In this document: one piece after another, positions 12,512 to 26,099 of the stretch | Position numbering within the stretch: position 1 is the first letter of the stretch | How the letters are laid out: every line of letters begins with the position of its first letter | Source: Convolutriloba macropyga | Lineage: Eukaryota | Assembly (NCBI RefSeq): GCF_964194025.1 | Contig: NC_134477.1 | Coordinates: forward strand, 44,330,001-44,394,000 | Direction: 5' to 3' | DNA length: 64,000 bases | Position numbers and translations under genes: made by a program | Notes under the pieces: generated by a model | Told to the model about the DNA's origin: nothing | Database searches by the model: none | What the model saw: only the letters and a program-made list of their open reading frames with translations

Positions 12512-15152
12512 CATTATGTATTCTGCCGATGTATATTGTTCTCCAAGGACGACAGGGGCTGTAAAAATATATGCGCGGCATTCAATAGGAACAGCAAAAA
12601 TTGGATCATTATCGTAAAAATCAACTTGACCTAAAAATATGCATTCTTTTTGCATTTTTTTTTCTGAAACTTTTCTGGTGTTATTTAAAACTTTTTTAAG
12701 CATTTTTGCCAAATAACTAATTTGCATCAAATCATAAAAATTCTAAAAATCATAAAAATTTATAAGGGATATTCTGCAAAAATATGCAACAAATGTAGCA
12801 GTTTGGAAACCCGTACTCTTACTGTGTGTTGCCGTTATGTTTGCATTTTTACGTTTTCGTTAATTGGGGCTAAAAAACCCCCCTCTCAAAAATTTGCGCG
12901 TGAGAAAAGATGTTCAGCATCAAACGAGCCGATGATATTCAGGTTCAACCTTCTTTTGTGGACTTTTGCTCTACGAATTTCAAATCAAAAGTTAGTCAAA
13001 GTTACAGTAATAAGCGCTTCAGTTTTCAATGCTTTTTGAACCTTTTCTTTAAGCCTTACAATTACATGCAAAAACCTGTTCACAGCTAAATGCAAACACA
13101 GAAAAAGCTAAATGTGTCAAAAAAAAGGTATCTAAAAATATTTTCTGTCACTAGTTAGCAAACTGTTTGATCTGAGGGATTTTGATTTTATTGGTAACTT
13201 TAGATACGTAAAACAGTATTTGTCGCTTAAGTCAACGAAAACAAAGTTATGATTTGCACTCATTTTTAATTCAGAACTCCGAAAAAGTTTTGTATTGTTT
13301 CTGTCTTCACCGATTGTTATAGTCATAAACCAACTTGAAAATGAAGACAATTTCTTTTCTCGTAATAAAGTTTCTGAAAATGGCATGAGCAAATTTGATA
13401 GAAACAAGTACAGTTTTCATTTTGCAGGGTAATCGAAAAATTTGATAATTATAAATCGCATTTGCTACAGAGAAATTCAATGAAGGCATTCGTTGCCATG
13501 TTCATTGGCAATGTATCTTGAGGCTTAACTAACTGTACTTGATTTGTCCTGCCCGGTTCGAGATTTTTACTTAAAATTATGTAAGAAATGCGCTGACAAC
13601 CGCTGGAAGAAATTTTCTTGCGGATATTTTTTCCATAATTAACCGTTTAATTGCTGAATTTTCAACAAATTTCGTACATAAATGCAGTACCTGTCAACAC
13701 ATTAAGTGGATAATTATATTAGATTTTTCCGCAATCATTTTTTGAGAGCATGTCAGCCGCTATTCATCATGGTCTTTTCATAATTCTGATGTTTTGCAAA
13801 TTCGGTTAGTTTTGATTTTTTTGCTTCTGCATATATAGAAGCAAAAAAATCAAAACTAACCGAATTTGCAAAACATCAGACTTATGAAAAGACCATGATG
13901 AATAGCGGCTGACATGCTCTCATAAAATGATTGTGGAAAAATCTAATATAATTATCCACTTAATGTGTTGACAGGTACTGCATTTATGTAAGAAATTTGT
14001 TGAAAATTCAGCAATTAAACGGTTAATTATGTAAAAAATATCCGCAAGAAAATTTCTTCCAGCGGTTGTCAGCGCATTTCTTACATAATTTTAAGTAAAA
14101 ATCTCGAACCAGGCAGGACAAATCAAGTACAGTTAGTTAAGCCTCAAGATACATTGCCAATGAACATGGCAACGAATGCCTTCATTGAATTTCTCTGTAG
14201 CAAATGCGATTTATAATTATCAAATTTTTCGATAACCCTGCAAAATGAAAACTGTACTTGTTTCTATCAAATTTGCTCATGCCATTTTCAGAAATTTTAT
14301 TACAAGAAAAGAAATTGTCTTCATTTTCAAGTTGGTTTATGACTATAACAATCGGTGAAGACAGAAACAATACAAAACTTTTTCGGAGCTCTGAAATAAA
14401 AATGAGTGCAAATCATAACTTTATTTTCGTTGACTTAAGCGACAAATACTGTTTTACGTATCTAAAGTTACCAATAAAATCAAAATCCCTCAGATCAAAC
14501 AGTTTGCTAACTAGTGACAGAAAATATATTAAGCTACCTTTTTCTTGACACATTTAGCTTTTTCTGTGTTTGCATTTAGCTGTGAACAGGTTTTTGCATG
14601 TAATTGTAAGGCTTAAAGAAAAGGTTCAAAAAGCATTGAAAACTGAAGCGCTTATTACTGTAATTTTGACTAACTTTTGATTTGAAATTCGTCGAGCAAA
14701 AATCCACAAAGAAGTTTGAACCTGAATATCATCGGCTCGTTTGATGCTGAACATCTTTTCTCACGCGCAAACTTTTGAGAGGGGGGTTTTTTAGCCCCAA
14801 TTAACGAAAAAGTAAAAATGCAAGCATAACGGCAACACACAGTAAGAGTACGGGTTGCCAAACTACTACATTTGTTGCATTTTTTTTGCAGAATATCCCT
14901 TATGGATTTTTAAGATTTTTAAAATTTTTATGATTTGATGCAAATTAGTTATTTGGCAAAAATGCTTAAAAAAGTTTTAAATAACACCAGAAAAGTTTCA
15001 GAAAAAAAATGCGAAAAGAATGCATATTTTTAGGTCAAGTTGATTTTTACGATAATGATCCAATTTTCGCTGTTCCTATTGAATGCCGCGCATATATTTT
15101 TACAGCCCCTGTCATCCTTGGAGAACAATATACATCGGCAGAATACACAATG
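12512..15152. repeat. Giant palindrome: two inverted arms of about 1.32 kb, spacer 8 nt or less, centre 13832/13833
   Basis: Centre reads ...GATTTTTTTGCTTCT gcatatat AGAAGCAAAAAAATC.... Mirror-image ORFs (13132-13407 vs 14258-14548, 12722-13039 vs 14670-14861). Arms about 95-97% identical by eye. Confidence 0.97.
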
Positions 15153-18100
15153 GGGCAGTGTGGCCACTGCGAAGTCGAAAAGATGACAACTTGACTACAC
15201 CTCATACATAATCAACCAAAAACGGAACTAATTCTCCATTCCTTACCATGTATTTTTTAAAATTTGTACCATTCAGACTGTTAGGTCGACCATGCTTAAG
15301 AATTCGGTTTCAGTTTACCCTTTTTCATATTCAAATCTACGCCCGTTGTGCCCTAAGTCCTACTAGCACAGCTGATAAAAATTCATGGGCTTTTTGAATT
15401 AAAAACAAATCCTCTGATTGTAATTTCACATTTTTATCGCTGATCAATTTATGATACTGTGTCAGTCAAAAATTAAGTTAAAAGTAACATTGAATTATTA
15501 TACAAATTGAATAATTACTAAATTCGTGCCAAACAAACGTCGCAAGGATAACTCACAAATATTTTATACCTTTACGAAAGTTCTGATGTGCTAATTGGTA
15601 TTTTAACCCCCTGTACGCTTGCTTTTGTCTTCATTGGCCACAACGCTACAGTGTTCAGTTGATATTCTTGCATTCGAAGAAAATAAAATAAGTCTTGAGG
15701 TAAAATCTTCCAACAGAACCAATTTTTAGTGCACCTCCTTTTTCGCTCTAACAACTTTTAATTATAAAATTAGAGTTGGTTAAGAACATATGGACTTCCA
15801 ACGGATGGGTTTTTGAACAAACTGAAAGAAAAACTGGGGACATTCGGGGCAAGCAACTTTTTCATCCAACACCCATTATTAGATTACAAAAATTTATATT
15901 TATAGCTTTAAACTTAACTAGATACCGTCGGGGGAATTGCTCTCAAACGACAAGATGGCATGAGAGTAATAATTAAATTTAGGCCAATAGAGGGAGATGA
16001 GGTTGCAAATTGTCCGTGACATTTAGCATTTGAAGAAATAACGGTGCGCTGTCCATATTCATCTCACTATTTCGATGAAAAGTTCAATTACTCAGATAGC
16101 CAAAAACATTTTACAACAAAACAGCCACGAAAAAATATTGAATGAAAATTTATATAAGGGATACAATAATGGTTTTAAACTTCGTTCGAGTGCAACTAAC
16201 ACCTTTATGGGCTTTGCTGAGTTTTATTGTAAGTCCATATATAGTTGATCGGGGATCCCAATTAACTGTTCGATTTTGCCATTCTTATTATCGTTTCTAG
16301 CAGTGTTATCAAGATTAATCAACAGATGTTGGAGTTTCTGAGAATTGAAAAAGAACAAGGAGACTCGTTAATGTGCGTTCGCACATCATGTTCCGACCCG
16401 AGCACATCTACATTTTTGACTTAATTGTCAACAAATGAAGACATAATTTAACAAAATTGTTACAAAACCTAACTACTAATTGAATTACATAATACCATGC
16501 CTCATTACAGCGCTGACGAGATCTGCCATTGAAAAGATTACGAGAAAAAACAACAAACAATAAAATAAGCAAAAACAAAAATTTCACGACAGAAAACCAA
16601 TATCTAAACATCTAATTTTAAAAGCACCTAGTATTAACGTCAGAATGCAATCAGATCAAACCTTAACTAAACAAATTTAGTTTTCCTAACTATACAGCAG
16701 ATGGATGTTTTCTTTAAAGAGACTAGGTAACAATTCGACAAAGAGAGGAAAAACTGAAGTTAAAATCAAAAATCAATCAACTTTCTTTAAAATAAATAGT
16801 TTCAAAAGTCTAAAAAACCATTAGCTTATAAAAAAATAACGCTTGATAAATTTACTAAAAAGTCATTAAGAAACCAGTGGGACCCGTCTTTGGTTAGACT
16901 AAGCCACAGGAACGGACTACAGACGCAGAAAATTTCAAAAAATTACGAACAAATTGCAAAAACACAAATTATTGAAGCCATTAAAATCCTTAGCTTTTAT
17001 CTGAACATTATGCATCTTTATTTCTGTTTTTATTTAAACTGAATCGGTTTTAATTTATAATGAAATAACAAATAATTTCATTTGGGTCACATCTGTTATT
17101 AACTGAATGTGCTAAAAGAAGCGAAAAAGAAACAAAAATATACCACTCACTGAAAAAGCATCTTGACAATCAAACAGAACATCAGTAACGAGATAAAATC
17201 AGAAGACATGTTAATTTTTGAAACTCAAGGAATTGGATGGGACCTCTCAATGATGAGAATAAGTTAAAAGTTGACGAAAAAGAAAACAAAAACTGAAAAA
17301 TTTGAAAAACTTCTGAAAATGAATATCACAAACTTTAAGACTTTTCTCTATAAACTGGCTGTTTTGGGTAACATCTTTTATTCATTTGGAAATTAGAAAT
17401 TTTTGAGACCGTTTAGCAATTTAAAGCTGCCTAAAGAAAAAAAAACAGCAAATTCAAAAAAAAATTAAGCGAGAAAAGTGTCAAAGCCATTAGAAAAAGA
17501 ACATTTCAAAAAATTTTTTTCAACTTTCAATTAATTTTTAATAGCATTGGAATTGTTTTTTGTTACAAAAGAACTTGTAAAAAAGTTAAATTTAAACAAA
17601 GGTATTAAAACCACAAAGTTTTTTTTTAGAAAACCACTATTATCAAAGCCACTAAATTCAAAACAAATCCTCGGTGGGAAACAATGATAATTTTTATTCA
17701 TAGGTTATCAGTAACTCATCACAATAAGTCGCATGGCAATAAAAAATACACGAAGAGCACAAAGTTTTGAGAAAACGCATGGTATCAGCTTTATAAAATT
17801 CAATAGCTTTCAACAAAAGCAAATAAATGCGCAAATTTTTGCCTTGAAGTGATAACAAGGTTGTTTACCATTTAAAAGTTATCAGTAAGACAAAACAACA
17901 TGTCATTGACAAAAAACAACAGCAAATACAACCAAAATAAAAAAAAATTGGAACAGTGCGAGAAGAAATTGTCGATGTTTGTCAGGCATAGGTAATCAAT
18001 AAGCCATCACAATAAGTCTTATGAATTTAAAAAAAAACAAATGCAGGCAGAAACCAAAAATTCTGTAGAAAAGTGAGATAAGGAAGTGTTGAACCATTTA

Positions 18101-19029
18101 AACCATAAGTTTTTTCTCTGAAAATTTTATCTATAATCCATTGAATGTCTTCATTAAAACAATGGGCGCCATCACTATAAAGATAACGTGATAAGATTTC
18201 AAAAAGAACCAATAATACGAAATCTCCAAAAATAAAAAAAAAATAAATCTTGTGGCATTGAAGTCTTATAACCAAAAATTAGGAGATAAAACCGCTAACG
18301 AGATTAGTTTTGCTGGAAGCTACAGTAGGAAAGTGGTCCTGTTATTACTAAGACTGACTTAAAAAAAATAAGATTAAGATTAGTTAATTTTAAAAAAAGT
18401 TAGCAGTCTTAACAGCCATTACCTGTCCACTCAAGGCACTAGATAGCTTCAATTTATGCTCATTGCGAAACCTATTGCACTTTTAGTCGACAGGTTTATG
18501 CCATAAGATTTCAAAATTTTAGTAAAATCTCAAAGGGAATATCAAAATTTCATATGAAATTAGAAAAACTTAGATACGAATCCGAAAAAAAAACATGAGC
18601 GATTACTTGGAAAACAATTTTTTGTTCAATGGACTTCTTTTGATTGCATATGAGGTTCGCTATTAATAAAACTTCGATCTGAAAAATGACTAGTCTCTAG
18701 GTGACTTGAAAAAACAAAAAAAATATGAAAAATTTTCTGAAAAAAGCTCTGAAATAGAATTCGGTCTCTTTTTACAGTAAAATTGCCTATGAGACAAGAA
18801 CTAGTCTTTTTTATTGCTTTTTGTCTTTTAGGAACAAAAAATCGATTTATTTTGTGGCGTGAAATCTAGTTTTGAATTGAAATTTTCATGAAAAATGTTA
18901 ATTCAACAAAAATTGCGGTAAAAGTGAACAAAAGTGAACCGAATATCCCGTGTTCACATGAAATTTTAAACCTCAATAACTCCTCGAAAAAAACAAAATT
19001 CAAAAAACTCTTTTCAATTTCGAATTCTA

Positions 19030-19125
19030 CTCTGGATGAGCTTTCTAATGATACCACTCACATTTCTGTACGATGAATATATCGATCGGCCAAAATTGTC
19101 TGAACAAAAAAAACCCATTTGAGTA
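19030..19125. repeat. Dispersed repeat fragment with an inverted homolog at about 44515-44600
   Basis: ATATCGATCGGCCAAAATT..CTGAACAAAAAAA here versus TTTTTGTTCAG..AATTTTGGCCGATCGATAT near 44520. Confidence 0.6.
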
Positions 19126-19710
19126 TATAGTTCCTCCCCCCAACAAGTGGGTTCGGAACAAAAATCTGGATTTTCGCCATTGAATTTTAGATATTGTGAG
19201 ACCCCCGAGTTTTAAGCAATTAGACGGCCATTTTCTTGAAAGCCGGAAAAAATCAGTGGTTTTTGAAGCAAACATTTATTACTATCAACTGCTTATAATT
19301 AAACCTAAAAATTTTCTTCCAGGCTTGACAAATGCGACTTGTAATGATAGAATGAACGCCTCTATGTCGACTATCATAGTGAACTTTCCATATAGGCTAC
19401 GCTCTAAGACACCAGAAACATCTTAAAGGCATTTTTAACTCCAATTTCTTCATAGTCGCTGTTAGATTTTCAGATTGTCGTAGATTGTCGATTCAGTAGG
19501 TCAAATCGCTCTAACGCACTTTATGAAACTTTTAAAGCTCGTAGCTTCATTAGTGGTTCATAATGAGCCGAAAACACGCCATTGTCTACAATCTGTTACA
19601 CACCTTTCCACATGCAAAAGTGCACAAATTTACTTTTACTTTGCTACTGATTTTCATTCGGCTTTAATTGTATACACAAACAGCTATCACGCAAAACGCA
19701 TTAGTTAACG

Positions 19711-19764
19711 TATAAAATCTGAAGCCTTAAGAGAATATTTTATCCGCCAAACTCAAAGGTAAGT
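19711..19764 (+). promoter_or_regulatory. Putative TATA box and short non-coding first exon of the carbonic anhydrase gene
   Basis: TATAAAA at 19711 and consensus donor AAG|GTAAGT at 19759. A matching TTTTAG acceptor ends at 20051, 8 nt before the ATG. Confidence 0.5.
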
Positions 19765-20059
19765 TTTTCAAAAGGCTTTCAAAGTTCGTTCATTCTATTA
19801 TCTCATTACTTAATTGGACGATAGTTTGTCTTCTAAACACGCCTTTATTTTTATGTTAAAGAAAACTTGTGTGGTTTTAAAATTCAACTCAAAATCACTA
19901 TCGATAATCTTGTAAACGAATTGCAGAAGCCGCAATCTCAAAAAGTACAAAAAATAATTAATTTTCTCGAAAACAAATTTGGTAAAAGACGGAGCTTTTA
20001 ACAATCTTGAAACAATTTTTGAAATTTTTTTCGAAAAAATTCCAATTTTAGACAACAGA

Positions 20060-20216
20060 ATGAGTTTTGATAATTCTTGGCATCATCAAAGTCAGTTCAA
20101 CTGGCCGAAACAATTTCCAGTATCTATCAATGGGGTGAGGCAATCTCCAATAGACATCAGAGAGAAAGACGCACAGATGGTTCTTTTGCCTCATTTCAGT
20201 CTTCGGCTAATTGAAG
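20060..20216 (+). CDS. Alpha-carbonic anhydrase, coding exon 1 (model 20060-20216, 22384-22560, 22749-23006, 25915-26099; 258 aa; no signal peptide)
   Basis: MSFDNSW...WPKQFP...GVRQSPIDI (QSPIDI motif), donor G|GTAGAC in phase 1. The four exons total 777 nt and stay in frame. Confidence 0.9.
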
Positions 20217-20708
20217 GTAGACAAGTAACATTCTAACAATAACACTTTTAGTTCGTTTTGTTCTGAAAATCATTTCAAAATTTTTGATCGATTTTTTTAA
20301 AAATTTTCATTTTGTACTTTGGAATCAACTTGGCAGTTGTAATTCAAGTGAAAAATGACTGACAGACAAGAAATTTTTCATAAGTTAGAACTGATATCTT
20401 CAGATAGAATTGGGTTTATACGTGCGAATTGGGTTATACTACCACAACCGAACATGGGAGCAATTATATATCCGCTTTAGTATCTGAAAGAATGCATGTA
20501 ATAAAGACTACTAATTTGTAATCGGATTATTTAAATCAATGGAAAGAAATCTGCTACCATGACATTGGGGTTTCTGGCACGTTGCATAATTTGGCATTGA
20601 ATAATTTGTCATCTAACCCACAGTATAGAAGCATAGTTGGAGTTCTGAACGGCCTGTCTTGTTACAGATCACTTTAAAAACACAAAAAAACTGACTTAAC
20701 TTTCTCTA

Positions 20709-21729
20709 TCGGGTCGAGCTTTTGTCGAAAAAATAATCTAAGAACTGCGGTGAAAAATAGCGGTGAAAAGATATATATGTTTACCACAAAGCTTCCGTGT
20801 CCTTTAGCGATGAATGCGGTGAATTTTTGTATGATTTGAAGTTTTCTGCTGTGAAAATTTTATTTTCACCGCATTAACCGTAACTCTTACAAAACAGAAA
20901 CTGCCGTACACGGTTTCGAAACTCTCAACTCTACAACATGCATGTCTACAACATCTTATTCCTCTGCGCCATCTGACACTTTCTTCTAAGATATGTCTTG
21001 TGAATTTAAATCAGATTCAATAAACTACATGGAAAACATATGCGCTAAATTTTTGTAAGAATCGTGGTGCTTAGGGGTGAAAGTTTTTTTCTCATCACTT
21101 TAACCGGTGGAAATATAATGAGTTTTCTAGATAAGCTAGAACAAAAATGATTGCTATTTTAGATTTCCCATACATAGGGGATCTCTGACTATGAGTTTGA
21201 AATTATTTGGACATTTTCGCAACATTTTCATGACATTTTATGTGAATTATATACGTTGTTTTACTAAAAGATTGCTCTTAAAAGTTGAAAACTTTCCATC
21301 TGTCAAAACTAATCAATAAAATCTCAAGTTAATAGTAGTAAACAGATATCATAAATAGAAAATAACTTTTATAAAAAACGACTTTCGCCACCGCTACCGC
21401 AGCTGTGTCTATTTCAGTCAAGTTTGCTGTCAAAGGGGTGAAGTTTTTTCAGCGCTTTCAATGCATTCACCTCAAGTCTTGCATACTTTCATTTAAAGTT
21501 TGAGTCGATAGAAAATTGTGCTAACTTATAGCCAAAATTTTGTGTAATATTTTCTACGTTGAAGATATTTTGTGAAATTAGAAGTTAATTGTGTAAGATT
21601 TGCATTTCTTATCGGTTGATTTTTTCACCGCATTCAACGCTAAAAACTGCAATACTTGCATCTTTCCACCCAATTCACCGAAATTTTTACATTTTTTGGC
21701 AATTTTTAGCGTTGACATTTCTACCCGGG
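20709..21729. mobile_element. Degenerate longer member of the CCCGGGTCGAG-TIR MITE family in a carbonic anhydrase intron
   Basis: Starts TCGGGTCGAGCTTT, ends CTACCCGGG, and contains GCGGTGAA/TTCACCGC repeats. Confidence 0.55.
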
Positions 21730-22383
21730 CGTTTGTAACCGTCCGTCGCAATAACTATCATTGAACGTGAGAAACTGCGACCTGCAAATGATAACAAAAG
21801 TTCCAAAAGTCAATAAATGTTCAAATACAAAAACTATGTATCAATTTTGTTCAAAAATTAAGTTTTTTTACATTTCTAAAAGCTCACACTACGAAGCGCG
21901 CCTTTGCATGAAAAGCTTGAATTGCATACTTGTTAGATTCTGGTCAAGGTTCACCAACTGAAGTCTCGGACCAAATGACCTGTACCCAGATGTTGTCCAG
22001 ACATTTTATCCAGACTTAAGTGCACTTTTGTTGGCCTCCCACTTGTTGAGAGGTCGACTTTTGAAAAGACCTTGGTCGACCGATATTGGGTATGAAAAGA
22101 CCGTAGGTCAACCTATGAAAAGACTTTGTGCTACTTTACTAGACTTCTCGACCACGTGAGGTAGAGAAATTGACCTCACTTTAACCTTATTGCTCTCTTA
22201 ATAGCGTCCACCCATCGACTAGTGTCATGACCACATGAGTTTGATCTGGGAATGCCGAGGTATCCACTTGAAGTGCGTCCAATCAATGGTCATTTAGGTG
22301 TGGAAAAGCACGACCTGGGTATTATTTTATTCAACTGTTTAGTATTTCATCTGATTTGTATGAAATTTCTTAATTGGTTGCAG

Positions 22384-22560
22384 GTGACCCGCGTGCAGAG
22401 TGGACTATGACTAACAATGGTCACACCCTCAGTCTGGCTCCCCCGGCTGGTGTCAAGTGGCAGCTCTCTGGCAGTCTGCTCAAGGGAAAGTACATCCTGG
22501 ACCACTTCCACAGCCACTGGGGAGAGAGTGGAGACTATGGCTGTGAACACATGATTGAGG
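22384..22560 (+). CDS. Alpha-carbonic anhydrase, coding exon 2
   Basis: NNGHT (His64), HFHSHWG (Zn ligands His94/His96) and GCEH (Glu106). TTGCAG acceptor, G|GTAAGA donor. Confidence 0.93.
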
Positions 22561-22748
22561 GTAAGAATAAAACCCAAATATTATAGCCGCAGTGTTTTAA
22601 TTAGTATAGCCATGTTTTCATATTTTTTTATATGACTGAGCAAACTGAAGGTCCATATGAGTGTTTGACTACCTCAATGCAGTGAAAGATTGAAATTGAA
22701 AATATGGGAGATTCACCTCGGCTTAAATTCCAAAAAAAATTTGTCAAG

Positions 22749-23006
22749 GTCAAAAGTACGCGGGTGAGACCCACTTCGTCTTCAAATGGGCATCGGGTCA
22801 AGGTAAAGATGTCGAGGATCAACTAGCAGTGTGGGGAATCATGATGGACGAATCACCCAAATCAGAACCTCTAGCCCAGAGGACATTTGACGACTTGATT
22901 GGGAAGTACATCCACAAAGTGATCAAACCTGGCTCCACCAAGGTGCCCGCTATCAACTTTGCTTCCTTAGTGCCACACGGATCATCAGAGTATTTCGCAT
23001 ATCAAG
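22749..23006 (+). CDS. Alpha-carbonic anhydrase, coding exon 3
   Basis: GQKYAGETHFV (Glu117/His119), LAVWGIMM and YFAYQG. AAG acceptor, G|GTTAGA donor. Confidence 0.9.
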
Positions 23007-25914
23007 GTTAGAGATCAAATCCTTGTCAAAATTTATGCAAAACCCCCGATAAAAAGTTTCACAGATAACAGTAACACACACTTTTGTGTAAATTCTAGAA
23101 AAGCGGTTTGATTGCAGAATATGGTGCCTCGAAGTTGAAAGATTTATTAATTTTGTTCATTTATTATCTTCTATTCTTAATAACTTGATATCGTGTTTAA
23201 ATTATTGTTAATGGTATCTATATTGCTGTGTTTACGTTGGCTATCTTAACCTTTCAAATGATTTAAGTTGTTCAAGATTTCCTTAATTTTTTCTCATTTT
23301 TGTCAAATTTGCCAAAATTTGTTGAATTTGTTTATGATAGTGTTATTGGTTTTACCTTTAGAGCTAGAGGAAGGTCACTGAACTATTTGATTCGGCTTCT
23401 TCGGCCATAAATTTGACAACAGTTAACGAAACTCAATCATTTTAATCAAATATCGCACAAAAATACATATTACCAAAAAGATTGTTTGAATTTAGAGGAA
23501 ATACAGATCCAAAAAATGATGCCATAACATTGAAATAACTCAAAAGATGGCAAGTGTTAATTCTGCTTTGTACGAGAGTCTATAGTCATCAGTTACAAAT
23601 TATATTTTTGATGACTTTTAGAATGAATGATTTCAATGGACGTGTAGCAATATCGAAGCTTTTTTTGTCTCATCGACACCCAAAAATTGTTCGGATTGTA
23701 TTGAGCGCTGTCTTTTATTATAATTTGGGCATTTTTTGGTTTTACTTTAAAGTTGACTACAAACCAGAGCGATTTCATATCAAGTCTCAGTTAATGACAG
23801 ATACTATTAGGGTGTAAAAGAGGCTCAATCGAAACACTATTATTTCCCGAGAAAACTTCATGGTTTTCATGGCTTGAAAATAAAGTTTTCGTAAACTTTA
23901 ATTGAAATCTCAAGTTCCGCCGCACTGTTGTTCTGAAAAAATCAAAATAATATATGCTGCAATTGGTTTTGTTTGGAAGTGTAAAAAAACAATACAGTGA
24001 TTTCAGTTGATACCTTATGGCTTTTAGGACTTTGAAAACATTTTTTTGAGAAAATATCAATGCCTATTGAACTCTTTCGCTTTTTTCTTACTCCTGTTGG
24101 TCTGAGCTTAGTCTCGGTAAAAAAAAACGAAGCCTCTTTTAAGAAAAATAAAACTTAATGATGTTTCTATGGCTTCGATACTACAAGCTAAATACTACAA
24201 GCAAACGTTAAATATATCGTTCTTTTTTGATTTTTGCCTTGTTTTGACGTAACTTTTGCTATCCTGTCACATTACCATAATAAGGACTAGTCCCATTTGC
24301 ATTAGAAAAAAAACAACTGAATAACTATAGTAATTTCATTGAACAGTTTTTAATATTAAATGCAGATTCTTTTTTCGCAAAATTTAACCCAGTTTTTGCT
24401 ATTTGCTTGTATTTGTTGTTATTTTTGTAGTCGTTTCACATAATTTGAATTGTGACAGGTCCCAAAGATTTCTTGCAGGGTTTAAAAAAACTTATTTGTT
24501 GATTTCTGGCGATGCCAGGTTGTTATATTGACATTGAAAATAATAGTCTTGAAAATTTGAAAGAAAATATAAAGCTTGTCATATAATGGCTTATGGTTAA
24601 AGGGGCATTAACACTATTATCCAAAGTGCTACTTACATTGTTGTTTTTTAGTCTTATTATTATCTTAGATTAATTACGCGTACAATTGGCTTACTATGGT
24701 GTTACAACAGTATCTCTCTAGTTTTTTGGTGGAAAATTTATGGTTGCCTTGACATTTGAAAATGGTGCCTTCAGAACATTAATAGGTATATGAATTTAGT
24801 CAGTTTTTTTATCTCATTTCTGTTAACTTGCAGCATAGTCCCGTGAAAAGAGACCTGTCTAAAGATAAGTCGCGTCCCCCTTTCTAGTGAATAAAAATTT
24901 GTTATCTATAAAATCTTTATGTCTAACTTAAAATTTATACTGCTCTGATATTGCAAGATTCCGCCAAAATGTGCGATTTCTGAATTTTTGCCCATTTTTA
25001 AGGATTTTTATCTTATCAACTAACATATTAATGACGGGACCTATTGGATTCATAAGAAGATGAAAACTAACATCAATCTTTTTTTGATTGAATATCTTAA
25101 GCTTCTAACGGCTTCCACTCCGTTTTTTAGAGAAATTCAATTGAATTTTTGAATTCCGCTATATTTGTCTTTGGTTTTGAGTCGTATGACAAATTACGGA
25201 TAATACAGACCTCACCTGCTTCCTCTGCAGGCATAAAGAAACTTAAATAATGTTTTCAAACGATAGTTGATGGTTTTAGTGAATTTGAATAAAAATGCTT
25301 TCGAAAGTACAAAGCACTTTTGTTCTTTTTGGCCGACTTGTTACCTTGTCTTATTGACGAGAAGCTTTAATATATTTTCTAGTGAATTGCAATGTTACTT
25401 TTTTAGTTTACGTTTCAGCCAACGCCGTTTTGACTTTGTTATTAAGAGTTTGTAGAAAAATTACCTTGAGTTTTGATCGCAATCAGTGTTCGTTTTTGCT
25501 ATATGATTTTGTTGTTTGTCTCTTGTATCCTAGTTTCAATAATGACAGGTCATATCGGCCCTCTAATGCGTCATCATTGGCCCTCAAATTCTCACCAGTT
25601 CAAATCATGAACGAATCAAATTGTCACCTCGGACACATTTTGAAATTGTAGCCCATACAATTGGGTTTTCAGTGCCAACAAATAGGTTTTAGCATAATCC
25701 TCATGACCAGCGTGATTTTGTAGTGGATTTCAAGTCTCCCCCACTTTCAGATTGTTAACAAACATTTAGTTTCTATTAAAATTTAGTATATACATGATAT
25801 ATATACTTGAAAAAGTATATAAAAGATTTATACTTGACAAGGTGTACTTAAGATTGATTCATTGCCTACAAACTGCCATTTGTTCATCTTTCTGCAAAAC
25901 ATTAACTGATACAG

Positions 25915-26099
25915 GATCGCTGACTACTCCACCCTTCGCAGAAATTGTTCTTCACATCGTCTTTAAAGACCCGATCGCAGTGTCCAAGAAGTACATGGAC
26001 CAGTTGAGGAGTCTGGGCGATCTTCGAAATGGGAAGATAGATGCCAACTACAGAGCTATCCAGCCACTCAAAGATCGAAAGATCTACTGGTCCATTTAA
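25915..26099 (+). CDS. Alpha-carbonic anhydrase, last coding exon
   Basis: GSLTTPP and NYRAIQPLKDR motifs. ACAG acceptor, TAA stop, AATAAA at 26229. Confidence 0.93.

Noticed and set aside
15145-15170. CACAATG / CACACTG at the palindrome end resembling a Transib or RSS heptamer
   Set aside because: No matching terminus or TSD on the other side; a 7-mer match is uninformative.
12500-15194. Paired ORFs on opposite strands suggesting duplicated genes
   Set aside because: Mirror images produced by the palindrome; non-ATG starts, no recognisable domains.
16075-16342. Possible tiny two-exon gene with a GTAAGT...TTCTAG intron (16229-16300)
   Set aside because: The product of about 63 aa has no recognisable features and could be chance; needs RNA-seq.
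23200-25500. Possible antisense LINE remnant in the last carbonic anhydrase intron; similar decayed sequence at 3100-3750 and 16600-18300
   Set aside because: Only faint motif traces; too degenerate to call without a profile search.
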